From Cercozoa sp. M6MM (taxonomy: Eukaryota > Protista > Endomyxa: Ascetosporea): a stretch of 64,000 bases of DNA. The translations under genes and the position numbers were made by a program. Under the pieces are notes generated by a model. The model was not told where the DNA came from, ran no database searches, and worked only from the letters and a program-made list of their open reading frames with translations. The number at the start of each line of letters is the position of its first letter. Within the stretch, counting starts at the first letter, position 1. Shown here in pieces: positions 43,823 through 58,200 of the stretch. The stretch lies in NCBI GenBank assembly GCA_040357565.1, contig JBDODJ010000051.1; one strand, 5' to 3'.

Positions 43823-46617
43823 TCAAGGTCCGTCGCTATGGGCGTCATGATCACACTACAGCACGTCGCCTGAGACTGCATGCATTCCAGCGCGTCTTTA
43901 ACCTCGTGTCCTACGGCAGCAGACTATTGTTAACGCGTACGCCAGGGTTCTCGGTGTCATCGTCAAGATCGATTTCGAAGTCATTGTCGCTCCTGTCGCC
44001 TCGTGCCTCAATGTAACGCCGCGGTTCTTGGCTGTCTTCGACGTTGTCAAGCGCATCGGCGACGGCTTCGAGCTGAGCATCAGTGAACCCGCCTCCCGAA
44101 GCACGTGCCTGTTGCAGACGCAGCATGTGCAAGGCGGCCTATGGAACTCAATGTGAGTTGACACAGTCGAACGTATGGGAGTACTGGTACATTCACTTGT
44201 CGTTGCTCGGTCGAGTTTTTGCGCATCTGAACGCACATGTAGACGAGCGCGCAGACCACCACGAGTGCCAGCAGTCCTGTCAACATGCATATGGAAAATA
44301 AACACTCCGTTTAATGGGCCGAAGGAAGCTGCAGCACCGAGAGCACTGCTCAGTCCAGCGATGAGCTTGCTGTCCGTGTTGTTTTTTGGCGCATCTAGGG
44401 GGCAAAGTCAGAAGTACTAACAAAGAGGAAAACAGGTCTAAATCACCTCGCTCCACAGTATCGTCGTTCACTCCAAATGACGGCAGCAACGTCGATCCGT
44501 CTTCAGTTGTCGTAAAAGAACACTCACAGGAGGGAAAGAAGCTGCAAGTACCCGGCGACACGGCAACGAGTTTCGTGCCTCGCACTCGCGGGTCTACGGT
44601 ACCGGTACCGATGTGCACCTCGTATTGCATACTGAAAAGGGACAAGCGTTATCTCAATTTTACCGTTGCCGAGCGGAGAAGCAACGGTGCCGCTCAAGTC
44701 GCGCAACAACAGAGCCACTACATCTGCAGACAGAGGCATTTTTTTCTCTTGCTGAGCAGAGAAAAACTGTGCTACCATCGGCGTCGGCGAGAGGCGTGGT
44801 CTTGACGAGCAGGTCAAAGTGACTGCCTGCAATGACGTCGTTGTTGCCGTTTGAAATATCGGCCACAACGAACAGTTCGCGCGGCAGACCAGCTTCAATA
44901 ATAAATCAAAGGTACAGGGAGGGGGTAAGGGAAGGCAAAGATGCCATACCGTCCGCGAAGGCATCCAACACGGTCTGCTGCACCATAAACTTTTCAAACT
45001 CGGTCAGAGCCGAGAAACCCGTGCCTTGAGTTGTGTCTACAAAGGTAATACATCATTTAGTAAAACCCTTAATTTCGATATTTACCACCAGAATTTTCAC
45101 TGTTCATGAGTGCATCTTCGTTGAGGATCAAGCGAATGCGAACATCTTGCGTTGTGAAACACGCGCCGGTGCGACAAGTTCCCGGCAGCGTCGTTATCAC
45201 ATCCGTGCACTATGTCCATATATACACTCTGTGTGTTAAAGTAGACTTCATGAGGTACAAGGTACGGCATCGCCCTCACTGAGTGCCTGGCAAGCATCCC
45301 GTACGGAACATGCTGCGCCGCGGTAGCCGTTCCGACAGTCGCAGCGACCGAAACATGCGCCTCTCTGATAGCAAACACCCTAGGTATCTACAGCATACAC
45401 TGGACACAGGTACCTCCAAACCGCCGCAAATACGGCCTTGAGAATCACGTGGGCACGAGTCGGAATTGTACTGCACACTGAGTGCTAAGACAAGCCTTTA
45501 AAAGGAAGCACAAAGAGAGACGTACCACTTTAACCGGCAGCGATGTCGGAGGAGACTGCATTCCGAGCACGTCACTCACTCGTACCGTCAGCGAGTAGGC
45601 GAAGACGCCGTCTTCTTCCTGTTGTAAGGAAGGGTACCCTTCAGGCAGAAGAAAAAGAGAAGGAACGTACCGTCTTGCCTGCAGTGTTTGGAACTGCCCG
45701 AATGATTAAATCGCCCGTGTCAATGTTGACTTCCACTGCGGACACAAGAAGCACAAGTAATCGAGGGGATGAAACACGTTCAAAAGAAGGTACGAAAGGC
45801 TGCAGCGTCTCCTCCGATCACAGTGTATCGCATCTATTGGATTTAGGGTGAACCTACTACGTCAAGGAAGTGGACGAACGACAGAGAGAGAAGGAGATAC
45901 ACTGTCAGAATCGGGGTCGCTCGCGATGATCTTGGAGACCACCGTGCCCATTGGAAGTGTCGAGTGCAGACGTACTGTTCTCACCTGTACGACTACCCAA
46001 ACACAGCACATGCTACACTCCTTTGCCCGATGATTTGTAGGGGTATACTTGGTGCTTCGTTGGCATCCTGTACGAGAATGTCCTGCTGCAACGTCAGTTT
46101 CGGCGTCGAGGAGGAACTGTCTGTCACGTCCACTTGCAAGCTCTACCAGTGGGGATGTATCATACTAATATTGGAAGATAAAACAGCGAAGGAAATAAGA
46201 AGAGTACCAGTAGGGGTGCAGCCTCGTGGTTTAGACCTGCAGAGCCCACGCGCACTTCGCCGTTCAACTCGATCACAAGCACTCCCTAAACGGAACGAAT
46301 CCAATAAAAGGAAGTAACTTTCAATGAACCCGGACTCTGGTCAGATAGCTCTACCAAAGCAGTTCCGCCACGCACGCGATACACTGCAGTGGCTTCGTCA
46401 ATTTGCGCTTTGGCCTGTTTCGTCCCAACATTGCAAAATTCAGTTGAGTGTTTAGTTTTTATTTTACAGTTCCAGGCATGGATTTGGACAGATCGACGAT
46501 GAGCGAGCCCGGAGCAGCAAGCTCACTCACCGATACTTCTGACATTGTCACAAGTGTGGCAGTCACCAGCGACGCTCGCAGCAGCACCACATAGGCAAAC
46601 GCCGTATGCAGCAGCAT
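43823..46617 (-). CDS. Type I membrane protein with two cadherin repeats, EGF-like domain, TM and acidic tail (3' end approximate)
   Basis: Signal peptide; VSVSELAAPGSLIV, GLNHE, LQVDVTD...ILVQDANEAP, GTVVSKIIASDPDS, YTVIGGDAAAF, IDTGDL, YSLTVRVSD; EGF CPRDSQGRICGGLE|GVCYQRGACFGRCDCRNGYRGAAC; TM GLLALVVVCALVYMCV. Confidence 0.78.
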
Positions 46618-46988
46618 CTCCACTCGACTCAGCTGATGATAATATGACACTCGACTTTCGGGAGTGTATTTGCGTCCGTCAGCTTACCTAATTTAGTAAG
46701 CAAGATCCCTGGTGCAGTTGAGCAGGTAACATTGAATACCAATCTCATTCTCACTTGCGCAGCGTTTCTTCGGAACTGAAACGCGATGAAAGATAAGAAT
46801 CCGAACTGCGCTGTGCGTCGCCCGCGTATGGTAGGCCAACCGGGCTGCAATGAAAATAATGTGAGTATAGTTTTCTCTGTTCTAATTTAGCGTAGGCTGT
46901 AAATTAAACCGAGCAGAACGGAAATGAACGGCAGAATCTGGAATTTAGACTGACTTAAATCAAATAAACCGACGACGCGAAACGTCGA

Positions 46989-48714
46989 CTATGCTTCGAC
47001 GACCACAGAGGCAGCGTCTCTTGTCGCAGCTGACTCAACGGCAGGTTTTGGCCTGGGCCTCCGGTGAGCAGCAGCGTGCCGGTAACTCAGCGGCGGCCAC
47101 GAGGCAGAGGCCGTCTCGGCACGCGATGTCACACGGTGCAACCTCACGGCTTGCACGATCACGCAAAGCATCAAAAGTGCAAGTGGAACCGCCAGCAGAG
47201 CTGTCTGAGGTCTGCACAAGTTGTTCTCAGCATAAGCAATGGCTACAGTAAAAGTGAGCACAATACATCAACGACGACGCGATGATGCATCCAATAGTCG
47301 TGAGTGCCGAAGGAGCCACCACAATCGCGAAACTGCCACAAACAATGCTGCTTGTGCAAACAAAAACGGCAACACACCGTGTGTACCTCCGGATGTCGTA
47401 TTGCACAAAGATAAACGAGATGCAGGTTGCGCAGTAACAAATGAAAAGTGGCAACGCCACCAGGAAGAAAATGCCTTCGTCCAGCGAGGTTCCAGGTAGA
47501 AAGAAGGAGAGGATCGACAGTGTGATCCTAAATGACCAGATACAGTTAGTTGCTTAACAAAAAGCAACACTTACAGCAACAATGCTCCTTCGGCCAGAAC
47601 AACGCCAATCAAGACTACAGAAAAAGTATAAAGGCATAGAAGCTCTGAAGGTTGAAGGAAAGTTACGGTTGCGAAGAGAGCGCTTTCGATCCGAGTACAA
47701 GTCCCTCATCTCATCGGGAACTGTGATGATCAGTCGCGAGAATATGGCGCCCTTCTTGATCACCAAGTAGTTGGCCACAAATGGCGCGAGAAAGACACAA
47801 GCGAGCATCAAAAAACAGCTGCAAGGAATGAGAAGAAAATCGAATATAAAAAACTGAAAATGACGAAAGCGTCAGTTTACACCACTGCAATAGCTTTCGA
47901 CGAAGAGTTCGAGCAGTTTTCGGTGCATTGCATGGCAGTACAGTGCGTTGTTAGACCGTCCACTGCAAGGTTAAACCATTCGAGTCACTCCTCGCATAGT
48001 TAAGCAGGAGTGTACGAGGTCGGATCCACTGCGTCGTTTTGTCTGAATACAAAATGAAACTCGACAAACTCGTAACTTGTTGTGTGCAATGCAATAATTT
48101 ACCATCGGAGGCGTGTGACTCGTCATAAACGTCGAACTGGCGTCGTGAAGACAGCTGCACGACCCGTTTCTCTCCGTCGACAGCTCCAGTGAGGTTGGCC
48201 GATTTCTAAAGCAGCGAAACTTCTGTCAATGGCACATGCCCCCCACCAGCGTAGGTACAGGAACTGGCAGCAGTGTCGACCAATCCACATCTGAGTGTGC
48301 TGCATCTCCTCTGAACACAAAAAATGAATTACTTCGACGGAAGTAATTTATATATAGCTGAACTTGAAACTACGAGAAAGTGACTGCAAGGTGCCAGTTC
48401 GCACCAGTTTTGACTCGCACATGCCGTTTCGAGTCGTCCCACGAACTGAACGACCCTTTTTTGTCTGATTCTGCACGACAGAAATATCAGGCAGGAAGGT
48501 TCTGCCGCGTATCGGCCGATAAGTAACAACAACAATAAAATACGAGGAAGGTTCTGCCGGTGCAGGTCCAGGGGTACTCCTGCTTTCGCTCCAGCAGAAA
48601 CTGCAGCAGCACCTTCTTCGGGCACCCAAACAGATAGTGCATTTCGCGGAGCACAGCGCGGAGGTGACCCAACTGCTCCTCCGTGGCTTCCACTGCACCA
48701 CCTCCAGCAGGCAT
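46989..48714 (-). CDS. Hypothetical multi-pass membrane protein (5' structure uncertain)
   Basis: Several hydrophobic exons (FLMLACVFLAPFVANYLV; IFFLVALPLFICYCATCISFIFV; ALLAVPLALLMLCVIVQAV) bounded by GT/AG. Confidence 0.4.
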
Positions 48715-49257
48715 GGGTTGCACTGCCAAAGGCGTAAAGATCAGTTTAATCGGGCCACCTGGAGTCCCCCAGGGCACTACTCTGCGCTTGCTACCGCTGT
48801 GATACAAGGCCGCCGCAGGCAGCCTCTTGGAGCGCCGGCAGCAAAAATAAGCAAAGTTATCACATGGTTGTACGACATTTGAACGACACCGATGTCACTA
48901 GAAACCATTTTGGGGTATCTGAGCGACTTCCTGGCCTCTGGGGTAAAAGTTTGTCAAAAAGCATGGACCAGTCCCGGGGGATCAGCATCGCCAACACCAT
49001 AAAAAATTGCAATTTCTCGACACACCACGACTCTCCGGGGCGCTACTGTAGTTAACTTTAATCGGGTTTACTGCGCTTGTAAAAGAGGTGGCATCGGAAC
49101 CCCATCGCGATCTCGGTTCAAGTTGTGGGTTCTGTGTTGTAGCAAATTTTTGGAATCCCCGTTGCGTATGAGACAAATGGACGAGGGTACTGTTCTTTCA
49201 TGGAGCAAATTTGCCGTAGCCATTTTTCCGCTCACTCGATGTGATGTCTGAGAGAGT

Positions 49258-52200
49258 TCACCAGAATACGAAGAAGGACTTGATTGACGCCAGCATGGAC
49301 TGACCGATCGAGAGAACGAGACCGGGCGCAAGTTGCACAAGCAGCACCCCGCCCAGGACGAGTGCCAGCACAACACAAATCACTGTGAGCAGTCCGCCAC
49401 CGATCAGCTGTCGCAGCATCGAGAACGGGTTCAGACTCCACTTGAATCGTCCTATGTCAGTCATTTGTGTCACATACGCATTGGAAGCTGTTCGCACCGT
49501 ACAGTGAGAAACGAACACACCAGGGGGCTTGGGCAAGTGCGGGTGCTCGTTTGGCGCACTTCGACCGAAGCCTGCCGGTAGCGTGGTTTCTGCCATCAGC
49601 ACGGGCATGCACTCGAGCGACACTTGCAACTGCGCAAGCAATCTCTCTGCCTATGCTCGTAAGCAAAGAACAGCTCGGGACCTCAGCACGCGAGTCGTCG
49701 TATTTTGGGTGTCGCAAATCCTTCAACCACAAGCAGCGCTTTGATCCTCTATGAATGTGCAAACAATTCAACCGCACACTTGAGGGTTGAGTCGAAACAC
49801 ACCCGCCGAAAGCAAAAACCGAAGTCTCAGCGCAGACGAGCGCAACGACATCGTCCTTCTTCCTACAGACAGTAAGAACATACTACCCAATTCACGAATG
49901 CTCGTTCTGTGACACTGTAGAATACCGAGCAACATGCATGAGTTTACTCAGCGTCAATGTGGTCTCACTAATCGCTCGGTCTGACCCGACCTACCAGAAC
50001 TTCCGACTGGACACGATTACTTGACAGAAAGACCTGAGTGGACACTACCTTTTTGTCCCAAAGTTGAATGCGCAAACGAGGTGGAATACGAGTAGGCAAT
50101 CCCAGGCGCCATCGCATGCGGTAATTGAACTGCAAAACCAAAACGAACTGAAGTGAACTGGATTGCTTAAGTCCAAAATCTATAAATAATGTTCATAGTA
50201 TACTGTAAGTTAGACAAGAGTACAACTCAACATACACTGGCCTTTCCACCCGAGGCACGCCAGTGCACGTCTCTGCCTCATAAAAGTTGAGTCTCTGGTT
50301 GAAACACGGCTTCAAAGCAAATAAAAGCGCACTTACGTTCGCTGTCGCGCGGGCGAGAACTCCTCGCGCAGCGCGTCCTCGTCAACGTCAAGTTCGCACG
50401 TGACGTACCTGCGAACGGCGCACAGTGTTGTTTTTTAGTTCGTGCAGATGGTAGCCAGAGAGTTAGTTTACAAGTCAGCGCGCCGAGTGAGACTGCCCCG
50501 CACCGCCACATCTGATTTACATGTCAAGGTTGGTGAGGTGTGCAAGAAGAGCCTACACGAGTACTGCAGTATAGTACTTTTGGCCTGCCAAACGACCATG
50601 CGGAGTTCGAAATCTTGCGCCTGCGCTGGCGAGATGTCTGTCGCTGTCACACATACGCACATACACACACACATACAATATATATATATATATATATAAG
50701 TAGAGTACGCGGAGTGGCCTGTGCCTCGGCCGGCGTCATCAATTCAATGAAACACTGCAGACGACCTTGCGCGTGCGAGCTCCGTGGCGCTAACAAAGGA
50801 CGCTGCTCGAGTGGCTTTGGGCTCAGTTTCCTGTCGTTTCATGGTACAGGTCCAGAAACCCAAAGAGGTAAAGTCAATCGTACTGCCACTCGGGCGAAAA
50901 CCACAAATCCTCCAGATCCACGGTGGTCGAGCCGATCAGTTCGTCTTTTGTTGAAAGCAACCCGCTGAACAAGAGTATCACTTAATAAAGATAAGAGGCA
51001 GAACGAAAGGTTAAATGATACCCTCCGACAGCGTCCATGACAGCGAGGTCGAGTTGTCCGTCACCCGGCAGTTGCAGCGGCAGTTCTAGCACCTCACGGA
51101 ACTCCGGGTCGGTTGTGTGTCGCAGTCGACGCTCGCGTGTGCTGATCTCCTTCTTGCCGCACCTCATTACTGTGTGTGAGATTGAAGTTTGTGTTTGGTA
51201 CTAATTGATACCAAGACAGGGGGCGCATAGTCAGTTGGTACCAAGGTAGGGATCACACGTGCCACCAGGTCGCCGTGCCGCCAGTCCGCGTGCCCGTATG
51301 ACGTAGGCGCGCAGTACGACAGTCTCCGGAGTCAACAGAGGTCCCTGTATCAGTAGCATTCCAGTCACAGAGGAACTGCTTTCCTCCGAAACAGTAGTAC
51401 CGTGTCGATACTGAGTTCGTCCTCGCGGTGCCGTGTCATAGCGAAGAGACACTTCATGACACCAAGCTGGCGCCGCTGCTGCTCGCTGAACCTGGCGCGT
51501 TCATCGATCTCCTTGCCTACAGTATGAGGAGGAGACACGCGTGGTTGGTACCACTTGACACGTTGCCAGTCGAAGGAAGAATCGCTACCAGCACTGCCGG
51601 TCAGCAGAGCGGCCGACAGGAAGGGCGGCGGCGGCAGCACCTCGGACAGCGCCGCCTCCAGGACGCTGCGGCCGCGCATCCACTGCTCATCCTCTTCCTC
51701 TTCCTCCTCTTCCTCGTGATCAGAGTGGTCACTCGAGTACTCGCCACTAATGCCACTCAAGTGGTCACTTGACTGGTCACTCGTTGATACATCGGTCATT
51801 GCGTCAATATCGATCACGGTGGCCTCCTTGCTCTCCTCTGTACAAATACACACAGATTATGGTTTTACCACCTGGCTACAAGGCCGCAGTAGTACCTGTA
51901 CTTGAGGTGTACGTGTCGAAAGTGAGCGTCCAATCTGACGATCGAAAAGACTCGATTTCTGCAAACCACATTCCCTTAAGTAGATACAAAAGCACAAACG
52001 TCCAAACGTACCAGAGGAGGAGACGAAGGACATATCGCCGCGTGCACTGGCGCCTTCGAGAACGTCTGCGCGTTCGCGCCGACGCAGCTCGGCCACGGCG
52101 CTGTCGACGACGGCTTCCTCGCCGCTCTCGTGACTGCGCGATTCGATCTGGGGGGGGGGGGGTGGGGGATAGTGGGTGGCGGTAAATTAACAGCTGAGTT

Positions 52201-55200
52201 ACATCCTCGCGTTCCTCAGGCGTTTCTTCGTGCACATCGAGCGATTCCACGACTGTCCATTTGTACATAGATGTGAGTTCATTTGGACAGACCAGTCACT
52301 CTATTTGTACCGCCATTCAATGAGGCCGTGCGACCATGTTCGTCGGGAACGAACTGCGCCAGCGGAATGAAGGTGCGGGCCACCACGCGCTCCACTCCTC
52401 TGTAGAGAGGAGAATAGGATAAAAATAGAAGGGTAGAGTAGAAGGGGACACAGTTTGAGCACGTGATCAATCACGTGCACTTCGAGAACGGGCGAGAAAC
52501 GCCGTCGCGTCGGCACGAGCAGCGGGAACTTGAGCACCTCGAGAATGTTGGCGTTGCTCACCGACGGAGAAGCACTCGCCTGCGTGTCCAGCACTGCGCC
52601 GTCCGGTGCTATCACCTGCGGGTAAACAGGAATAAACAGAGGTACATAGCGGGTTCACACGGGGAAAGAGGGTAAAGAGGTAAAGAGGGGTAAAAAGGGG
52701 TAAAGAGGGCGTATGCGGGGGGGGGGGGCGCCCGAGTCTACCCGGACAGAGAGTTTGCGCAGCGAGATGCTTTGATGTTGCACTCCGCGCAGTCCCAGAA
52801 TCACCTGTCATGCACATCTGACCCCTTACCCCTATCCCATATATTGGTACCAAATGTAGCCACTGTAGTCGCATAGGCGGTCGCAGAGCAGGCATCAAAG
52901 GCGGCCCAGACATGTCCATTTGTGCCGTACCTGTTGGAACACTTAAGGGTGCGATCTCTCTCTCGTCCAGGAGGAGAAACGACGCCAACACGGATCCACG
53001 TGGAAGTGCTGCATCACGACGGCGCAGCGGCAGCCAGCGCGGCATCGGCGCCGCACGCAGCAACAGAGACGCGTCGCGTCGCAACTGCTCCGCCGTCAGG
53101 TAGCCCTCCTCTGCCTCCATTTCGTCCTCTGTGATAGTGGCAAAGGGAGTAAACAGGAGAACAAACAGGGGGATAAACGGGGGGAGATAACAACGATAAC
53201 GGAGAAGAATGACAGGGCTCACCTTCGAGAGCGGCAGCGTCCGCGCGGAAGACGACAAGTCGCTTGCGCGCACGCAGCGCCGTCACCAGCGGCAGACGTA
53301 GTTCGCCCAGAGTCACGTCGCCTGTCTCTGCAGACGCGGCACACTTACCCCCATCTCCACTTTACCTCCCCCTTTACTTTCATACCTCCACCAGCAGACA
53401 AAGCGACAAGTTTGATGTCAGGTGCAAAGGCCAGTGGCACCGGCAGTGCGACGGAGAGTTGCAGCACCTGAAACCACAGCGGGTTCACCGAGTCGCTTAC
53501 GTAGACCGTCTGTGCCGAGGCGGTGCCGCATCGGACCACGAGGTAGGCGTCGCTGGTCCCGTTTGCCTTGGCTGCCGGCAGTCCGCGTGCGTGCCATACT
53601 GCAGATACATCCTCCTTATATCAAAATATACATTACACTTGTATAGATATGTTCATACATATATATCCATATATAGAGATATAGATACACTGAGATATGT
53701 TCATTTATACACCATATATGTATACATGCATACATACATCAACATATATAATATATATAGAATATACCCCTCCTACCATAGGCTCGCAGGAGGAAACGTT
53801 GCATCTGCGGCATGCCAAGATTCGCGTCTAACAGCGGCGGCATCGGCACTTGCTCCGCTTCCTGTCCGAAGAGAGGGATAAAGGATATAGAGTAAAAGCG
53901 AGGGGGGGGTAAAATTACCTCCACCTCCAGCGGATGCTCCACGAAGCGCACGCGCAGCTGCGTCAAAGCACCGCGCAGCGCGGCCTCGGACAGCGGCACC
54001 CACTTCTCCTTGGTCACCGTGTCCCTTTCCTCTGGGGTAACAGGGGTAACAGGGAGTAACAGAAGAAACAGGGTAACGGGGGGGGGGGGGGTTAAAACGG
54101 GATGAAACTCCATACCACCCAACCGACAGGCGGACGACAGCAACACGTCGCTCAGATTCCACTCGACGAAGCCGAGCGATCGATCGTTTCTACAGAGGGT
54201 AAGGGAGTACCAGCGAGTAAAGGAAAGAAGAGGTAAAGGAGGGAGTAAAGAGAGGTAAGAGGGGTAAGGGGGCAAATGGGGGCAAAGAGGGGTAAGCTCA
54301 AACAGCGACTCAATATACGCTTCCGGTGTGCCGTTGACGGCGTCAAAAAACTCTACTCGCAGTCGTGTCTCTGGTGCTGAAGTGACAAAGGGTACACGAG
54401 GGGTTAAATGGGGAAGAACGGCGTTAAAGGGGTAAAGAGGGAGGCAAAAAAGGGTCGGTCAACAAAGAGGGGCAAAGAGGAGGGTAAGAGGGGGTAAAAA
54501 GAAAATAAAGTAAGGGGTAAACACACCAAACGGAGCAACGTCTTCAAAGACAGCGCCATCTTCCGGCCACGCCATTGCTTCCTGACGTCCGTGCGGACGT
54601 GGCTACAAATACAACTTGCCTCACGTGACTCCCGTAAGAAAACAGATCCACCAAACTGTACCTCGAACAAGTGGCAGTAGTTCAACTGTTCCGATTCTAA
54701 CTCCGCGTCCTCTTTTAACCAAAGGAGGTAAAAAGGGGTAATAAGTGAAGAGCTGGGGTAAAGGGAGTAAAGGACAAACAGCAAAAGAAACCCACCGCCC
54801 GGAAAAAACACTTTTGCGAATTCTTTCGCGTGTTTCGACTTTTTCCGTTCTTTTCGCTTTTTCTGCTTTCTTTTGGGGCAAGTGGAGGATAAAAGTGGTA
54901 AAAGAGGGGAGTAAAGGTGGGTAGGGGGGTAAAATGGATAAAAAGGGGTAATATGATTAGGGCAGTACATGTTGAGTGCCTTCCGCAGTGTGTTGGGACG
55001 CTGGAACAAACGTGCCGTAGCATACACTGCCGTTACACGGCCTGGAATGCACCTGGTAGGGGCAAAGGGGAGTAAACGAAGGAAGTAAAGGAGGCGGGGT
55101 AAGAACAGCTACAATCGCCGCGAGCGCAGCAGAAATATTTTGAGTGTTCCGCGACGCAAATCGACGGCCGAAATCGCTCGTGTTTCTGCCTGTTTCGACA

Positions 55201-58200
55201 GACTTCAGGGGGGTACAAGGGGGTAAAAGGGGTAAAAGAGCTAAAGGGGTAAGCAAGAGGTTGACGGGGTAAACAGGCGGTAAACGTACTCATTGTCGCC
55301 ATAGATAACTTGAAGCAGAGGCAGATTTTGCGGCAGAAACGGCCGATTCAACGCGATCGCTGCCGTCGACGGTTGCTTCCTTTGGTACTGTGGGGGATAA
55401 ACAAGAGGGCAAAAAGGGCGTAAAGGGGTAAAAAGAGAAGTCAACAAGTATTGTACATCCGAGAGACGCGAGGCACGCAACGACATCAAGGCTGCCCCCG
55501 CAAACACCTGAGGCGGGGGGGGTAAGAGGGGGTAAGGGCAAGAGGGGCAAGAGGGGGTAAGGGTAAGAGGGGTAGAGGGGTAAGGGTAAGAGGGGTAAAG
55601 GGGGTAAGGGTAAGAGGGGTAGAGGGGGGACGAGGGGGTAGGGCCAAGACCGACCACATGTTCGGCAGCAGGCTCGGCCTTGTCGTTCGAGAATTCGCGC
55701 CACTGCCGTCACACAACCGAATTTTACTCCACTCCCCCTACCTCCAACACAAAGAAGCCCTACCTGAGGCGGCGACGGAGCATGAGCCGGAGCCTGTCGG
55801 ATCAGTCGGCTCAACGGCACACGTAAAAATGACTGTCGACCCGTCTGCTCCGTCGCCAGGTAGCTGCACCACCGGACCGAACGGGGAAAGGAAGTAAAGG
55901 GGGTAAAATGAGGTCAAAAGTGGGGTAGAATAAGGTAAACGGGGCGTAGGTGGGGATTAAAGGGGGCGAGTAAAAAGGGGTAAAAAGGAGGCTCAAAGGT
56001 AGGTAAAAAGCGGGGTAAAATTGGGGTAAAAAGGGGCAAAACTATGCGTACACAAACACGTCAGGACACTGCGAGACATCTTTTGGCAGAGTAACCACCA
56101 CACCGTCCTGTGTTTGTCCAAACTGTCCCTGTGCCTGTTCAAACTGTCCTTCTCCAGGTTGTCCCTGGTCCGGTCCAGCCTGTTCCTGACCTGATCCGAT
56201 GGACCGACCGACCAGGGCGAAACCGCCTTGTGTCTGCAGCACCGGCGAGCGCCACAGCTGACCGCCGCACGTCAGTTGCACCTACAGTGCGTTACCCCCT
56301 GTTCACCCCCCCCCCCCCCTGTTTCCCCTCTCCCCTGTGTACCAGAGCAGGCGAGGTCATGATCTCTCCGACGGCGTAGACGTCGCAAATGATGACATAT
56401 GTGTCCTGCTCCGGTGCCGTGTCCCACTCGGACATCTACGCTTTACCCCCTTATCCCCCTGTGCTCCTCTTTATCCCTCCTTCCTTGACCCCGATAGCCC
56501 CAGTGAGTATTACAGGTGTGTCAGAGAGACGCGCGATTTCACTGACGGCAGGTTCCGGATTCAGCACTTCCTCTGCTCATACAGGAGGTGCAGGGGTCAG
56601 TAATAGCAATAGGGGGTATGGGGGGTATAAATGGCGTACCCATCTCGCATCGCAGCAGAACACGACCGCGGAAAGCCGTGCCTCCTGTTCACAAACAGGG
56701 GTACTTACCCCTTCTAGTTAGCCATCAGAAACACACCGACGTTGCCGACGTTCATGGCGAAAGCGCGTCGTTGCGTTGCTCCACCTTCGGCGCTATTCAG
56801 GGAAGGGGATTCGGGGTCAACAGGGTGAACGGGTGGAGGAGGATAAACAGGGGATGAACTGGGGTCAATATGGGTTAACAGGGTAGACTGGGGGTAAATA
56901 CGGAGTAAAATGGAAATAAACAGGAAGTAAGTAAACGGGGGAAGGTAAAAGCGCCTACTTGGACGGCTGCTGTCCGATGGGCGCGCCGTAAAAGTTAAGC
57001 CATCGTGGCGACAGTTTCCACTGTAAAAATAGCCACTGAGTCCAGGGTCTAGTTCAGCCAGTGCAGCAGCACGGTAGTACCTTTTGTTTAAGGATACGGT
57101 AGTCCAGAAATCCAGCAGCGACCGGAACACTTTCGTAGGCCGATCGTTGTGCCACTAGCGCCAGCTTAAGTCGCCTGCCAACATGGGTCGGGAGTAAACA
57201 GGGGGATAAACAGGGAGTAAACAGGGAGTAAACAGGGAGTAAACAGGGTAAATAGGGGATAAACAGTGGGTAAAGACCTCTGTAACTGAGGCTCTGTGAC
57301 AGGCATCGACAGTCGCAACAGTGGCGACAGATTGCCTTTATTCTGAACACTCAGAGAGGGTAAAGAAGGGGTAATAAAAGAGAGTAAAGAGGATGGCAAA
57401 GAGGAGGTAAAGTAGGGGCGAAGGATATATAAGGGAAAGGTACCGCCTCGATCGCGCCAGCCGGAGCAGGCGGCGTGCGTACCATCTCACCCTAAACTTG
57501 GGTAAAAGTGGTGAAGGGGTTAAAAAAAAGGGGGTAAAATGGGTAAAGAAACGAGGGGGGGCGTAATAATAACTAACCCCGAAACTGAGCACTAGGAAAG
57601 GCTGCGCAGCTGCGGCCGCCTGACCGGCTAGCGCACGCCCCGCCGCCATCACGCCCAGTCCCGTCGCCGCACTACATCGCAACAGAGGGATGAACGGAAT
57701 TAAGGGGGTAACAGGAGAACAAACGGGGAATAAACGGGGAAATAAACGAGGGGGGTAAATGGAGGGGGTAGAACCTAACAAAAGGCAGATCACGGCACTC
57801 GAACAGATCCAAGTGAAGCAAGTATCGCCGTTGCTCGATCGTCGGCGGCAACAGCACCGACACACCGGCGTCCAGTGGGTCACCCTTCATAAATTGAGTC
57901 GTCCATTTGTGCCAGTTCTAGTATACACGATCCAAATGGACACAGTACCGCCACAGTGTCGTCCTCGGCGAACGCGTCTGCCGCCAGTTCGTCGCCCGGT
58001 CCCAGCACCGCCACCGACACCAGTAGGTAGCCTCGTGTCTCGCCTCCTCTGACAGGTGGGAAAACAGCGGGTAAACGGGGGGGGGGGGCAAACGGGTTAA
58101 CGGGGGATACTTGGGGTGTCCCAGAGCGACCCACTGCCGACGCAGTTCGTGCCGAGGACGGAAGTATATCTGCACATGCAGTACAAAGTAAAGGGATTAA

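Noticed and set aside
56108-56195. GQ-rich repeat insert in ferlin
   Set aside because: Cannot tell in-frame insert from intron without cDNA.
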